64,000 nt of DNA from Rhodospirillales bacterium. Lineage in GTDB: Bacteria > Pseudomonadota > Alphaproteobacteria > Rhodospirillales > Defluviicoccaceae. A program made the translations under genes and the position numbers. How positions within the stretch are numbered: the stretch's first letter is position 1; each line of letters opens with the position of its first letter. Below the pieces are notes generated by a model. It searched no databases. It had not been told where the DNA came from and was given only the letters and a program-made list of their open reading frames with translations. Of this stretch, positions 61,335-64,000 are shown in pieces. The stretch is taken from the NCBI GenBank assembly GCA_007695045.1, contig REEP01000082.1:34510-98509 (forward strand), given 5' to 3'.

Positions 61335-63149
61335 ATGCCATCAAGCCCCGCCGCGGCCCCGACCGATGCTGCCGCCACCGATCCAGCCGTCCTGGGCGTT
61401 GCCCGCTCGCTGTCAGGGCGGCGTTGGGTCGCCCGCAGCGTCGACGAACGCCTGGCCCTGGCCATCGCCCAGCAGTTGGATGTGCCGGAAGTGGTCGGGC
61501 GCATCCTGGCCGGTCGCGGCGTCGGGCTTGGCGAGGCCCAAACCTTCCTCAACCCCACCCTGAGGCAAACCCTGCCCGACCCCAGCCGGCTCGCCGACAT
61601 GGATAAAGGTGCGGCCCGGCTGGCACAGGCGATCATCGCTCATGAGCCGGTCACGGTGTTTGCCGACTATGACGTGGACGGGGCGACATCGGCAGCACTC
61701 CTGATCCGATTCTTCCGGGCCCTCGGCCGGCACATTGAGCTCTACGTGCCGGACCGGATCAGCGAAGGCTATGGCCCTTCCGCCGCGGCGATGGCCCGGC
61801 TTCGCCGCGACGGCGCAGCCGTGGTGGTGACGGTGGACTGCGGGATTGCCGCCCATGATGCCCTCGCCGAGGCCGCTGCGTGCGGCCTTGAAGTGGTGGT
61901 GGTGGACCATCACACGGCGGAATTCCCGCTGCCGGAGGCGGTTGCGGTGATCAACCCGCGCCGCCCGGACGACAGCAGCGGGCAGGATCACCTTGCCGCC
62001 GTGGGCGTGACCTTCATGCTGGTGGTGGCGATCAACCGGGCCTTGCGCGCCCAGGGCTATTATGGACGGCGCAGCGAGCCCGACCTTCGGCAATGGCTGG
62101 ATCTGGTGGCCTTGGGCACGCTGTGCGACCTGGTTCCCCTGGTGGGCGTCAACCGGGCGCTGGTGGTCCAGGGCCTCAAGATCATGCGGCGCTGGTCCAA
62201 CCGGGGACTCAAGGCCGTTGCCGACGTGGCCGGCCTGAACGAGGTGCCCGGACCGCACCATGCCGGCTTCCTGTTCGGGCCCCGGATCAACGCCGCCGGA
62301 CGGGTCGGCGAAGCCGGCTTGGGCGCCCGTCTGCTCGCCAGCGACGATGGCGATCAGGCGGTGGAGATGGCCCGCCGGCTGGAACTGGCCAACCGCGCTC
62401 GACGGGACATCGAAGGCACCGTGCTGGAGCAGGCGCTGGTCGGCATCGCCACCGACACAGATGCCGCCGGCGTGCTGATCGCGGCCGGTGAGGATTGGCA
62501 TCCGGGGGTGGTCGGGATCGTCGCCAGCCGGCTGGTGGAGCGCTACCATCGCCCGGCCTGCGTGGTCGCCCTCAAGGACGGCATCGGGACCGGTTCCGGC
62601 CGGTCGATCCCCGGCTGCGACCTGGGTGCGGCCATCCTTGCCGCCAAGCGACAGGGGCTTCTCCTGCGCGGCGGCGGCCATGCCATGGCGGTGGGGTTCT
62701 CCGTGGCCACGAGCGAGCTTGACGCCCTGCGGCGCTTCCTGGACAGCCAACTGGCCGAAAGCGTCCGCGCGGCACGATCCGAGCCGACCCTGCTGTTGGA
62801 CGGTGCGCTGGCCCTGGGCGGCGCGTCGGGCGGCTTGGCGGACCTGGTGGCCGGGGTGGGGCCGTTCGGTATCGGCAACGCGGAGCCGCGATTCGCCTTG
62901 GCCGGCGCCCGGGTCCTGCATGCCACGCCGGTGAAGGGCGGACACGTGCGCTGCATCCTCGGCGATGCGGCCGGCAAGCGGTTGCCCGGCATTGCGTTCC
63001 GGAGCGCCGACGGCCCGGTGGGGTCGGTTCTGCTGCAGCCGGACGGCGCACCGCTGCACGTGGCCGGACGCTTGCGCGGTGACACCCGACGGGCCGGTGG
63101 CCGCGCGCAGATTCACATCGACGACGTGGCGTCGCCGATCGCCGGTTGA
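61335..63149 (+). CDS. recJ: Single-stranded-DNA-specific exonuclease RecJ
   Basis: DHH motifs (VFADYDVDGATSAA, TVDCG, VVVDHH) and DHHA1 (GGGHAMAVG). Confidence 0.92.
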   Translation: MPSSPAAAPTDAAATDPAVLGVARSLSGRRWVARSVDERLALAIAQQLDVPEVVGRILAGRGVGLGEAQTFLNPTLRQTLPDPSRLADMDKGAARLAQAIIAHEPVTVFADYDVDGATSAALLIRFFRALGRHIELYVPDRISEGYGPSAAAMARLRRDGAAVVVTVDCGIAAHDALAEAAACGLEVVVVDHHTAEFPLPEAVAVINPRRPDDSSGQDHLAAVGVTFMLVVAINRALRAQGYYGRRSEPDLRQWLDLVALGTLCDLVPLVGVNRALVVQGLKIMRRWSNRGLKAVADVAGLNEVPGPHHAGFLFGPRINAAGRVGEAGLGARLLASDDGDQAVEMARRLELANRARRDIEGTVLEQALVGIATDTDAAGVLIAAGEDWHPGVVGIVASRLVERYHRPACVVALKDGIGTGSGRSIPGCDLGAAILAAKRQGLLLRGGGHAMAVGFSVATSELDALRRFLDSQLAESVRAARSEPTLLLDGALALGGASGGLADLVAGVGPFGIGNAEPRFALAGARVLHATPVKGGHVRCILGDAAGKRLPGIAFRSADGPVGSVLLQPDGAPLHVAGRLRGDTRRAGGRAQIHIDDVASPIAG

Positions 63150-63175
63150 ACCCGGCCGAGACGGGTGGCAACCGG

Positions 63176-63197
63176 GGCGCCGGCGGAGGCCGGCGCC
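63176..63197. terminator. GC hairpin between convergent recJ and the PFK-family gene
   Basis: ggcgccggc-ggag-gccggcgcc, a 9-bp perfect stem with no U-tract. Confidence 0.35.
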
Positions 63198-63218
63198 ACC
63201 GGCACCGAGGATTGCGGC

Positions 63219-64000
63219 CTACTGCGCCGCCTGCATCTTTTTCAGGATCTTCGGCACCGTATAGACGCGGAGTTGCGCCATGTCGTGCATGCCGGAACCC
63301 AAAAGCGGCCGCAGGTACAGGATGAACTTGTCGGTGATGTCGTGGCCGTTTTCATGCAGGAACTCGCGCGGCATGGTCTTGGTCTTGCCGCCGATGTCGG
63401 CCAGCTTGGACAGCTCATACCGGACCGAATAGAAGCCGGTGCGGTGGAGGGTCACCGAGCCCGAGTGATTGCCGTCATCGTCGCCGAAGTGCGCGTACTG
63501 CACCGCCTTCTCCCCGACCTCCCGGGCTTCCCTGGCGTCCACGTCGGAGACCACGCCGAGGAAGGAGCGCTGCAGGTAGCCGAAGGTGTCGCCGCGCACC
63601 CGCTTGATGTCGGTGTTGTCCTTGAGGTAGTCGGTGAGCAGGTCGGCGAGCGCGCCGGTGCCGGAGAGCTGCACGTTACCGTGGGCGTCCCGCTCCACCT
63701 TCTTGGCCAGCTTGGTGGCAATGGGCTCGCCGGAGGCGTCATGGATGCCTTCGGACACCGCGACCACGCAGCGGCCGAACTTGTCGTACACCGCCTTCAC
63801 GTCCTGAGCGAACTTCTCCAGGTTGAAGGCGTTCTCCGGCACGTAGATCAGGTGCGGACCGTCGTCGTCATACTTGCGGCCCAGGGCGGCGGCGGCGGTG
63901 AGAAAGCCGGCGTGCCGACCCATCACCACGGCAATGTAGACGCCGGGCAGAGCACGGTTGTCCAGGTTGGCGCTAGCGAAAGCGAGGGCCACGAAGCGGG
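63219..64000 (-). CDS. Phosphofructokinase family protein, likely PPi-dependent (C-terminal part; gene runs off the right edge)
   Basis: ...VYIAVVMGRHAGFLTAAAAL...CVVAVSEGI...RGDTFGYLQRS... The reading frame stays open to position 64000, so the GTG 'start' in the ORF track is internal. Confidence 0.8.
   Translation of the reverse strand, partial: RFVALAFASANLDNRALPGVYIAVVMGRHAGFLTAAAALGRKYDDDGPHLIYVPENAFNLEKFAQDVKAVYDKFGRCVVAVSEGIHDASGEPIATKLAKKVERDAHGNVQLSGTGALADLLTDYLKDNTDIKRVRGDTFGYLQRSFLGVVSDVDAREAREVGEKAVQYAHFGDDDGNHSGSVTLHRTGFYSVRYELSKLADIGGKTKTMPREFLHENGHDITDKFILYLRPLLGSGMHDMAQLRVYTVPKILKKMQAAQ

Noticed and set aside
61413-63116. 567-aa minus-strand ORF antisense to recJ
   Set aside because: Shadow frame. 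The plus strand has the DHH/DHHA1 motifs.

Overview
High-GC alphaproteobacterial chromosome segment, Rhodospirillales-like by synteny, and mostly core housekeeping genes.

**Gene content, left to right:**
- hflX(partial)-hfq, a HAD hydrolase, a class IV aminotransferase and trkA.
- The classical dusB(nifR3)-ntrBC-ntrYX block, all on the minus strand.
- A TAXI solute-binding protein.
- The pyruvate dehydrogenase cluster pdhA-pdhB-pdhC-lpdA with ftsB and eno.
- A membrane protein that looks like a prokaryotic pentameric ligand-gated ion channel, OsmC, and a GlxA/AraC regulator with an in-frame amber codon.
- A PEP-CTERM protein divergent from two glycosyltransferases.
- rpmE and an MFS transporter.
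- A MotA/ExbB-like + MotB/OmpA-like + OmpA-like trio at the window centre.
- A divergent MetK paralog overlapping a P2-type ATPase.
- A second PEP-CTERM protein, a Cys-phosphatase, modEABC, rnd, a zinc-ribbon metallopeptidase and rpsD.
- A penicillin/AHL-acylase family protein, a DEAD-box helicase, an isochorismatase-family protein, gamma-CA, meaB, phaC and an OmpA-type lipoprotein.
- An aminotransferase, hom, recJ and a partial phosphofructokinase-family gene.

I recognised no rRNA, tRNA, CRISPR, IS, integrase or prophage genes.

**Most noteworthy observations:**
1. The orphan stator-like (5:2-motor-type) module at 30988-34214, with long coiled-coil extensions on both subunits.
2. The MetK-like/P-type ATPase coupling.
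3. A roughly 215-400 bp AT-rich intergenic repeat present twice.
4. The pLGIC-like gene.
5. The amber-interrupted regulator.

All functional calls come from reading the translated ORFs against family motifs from memory. No database search was run. The many long ORFs antisense to real genes are GC-rich shadow frames.
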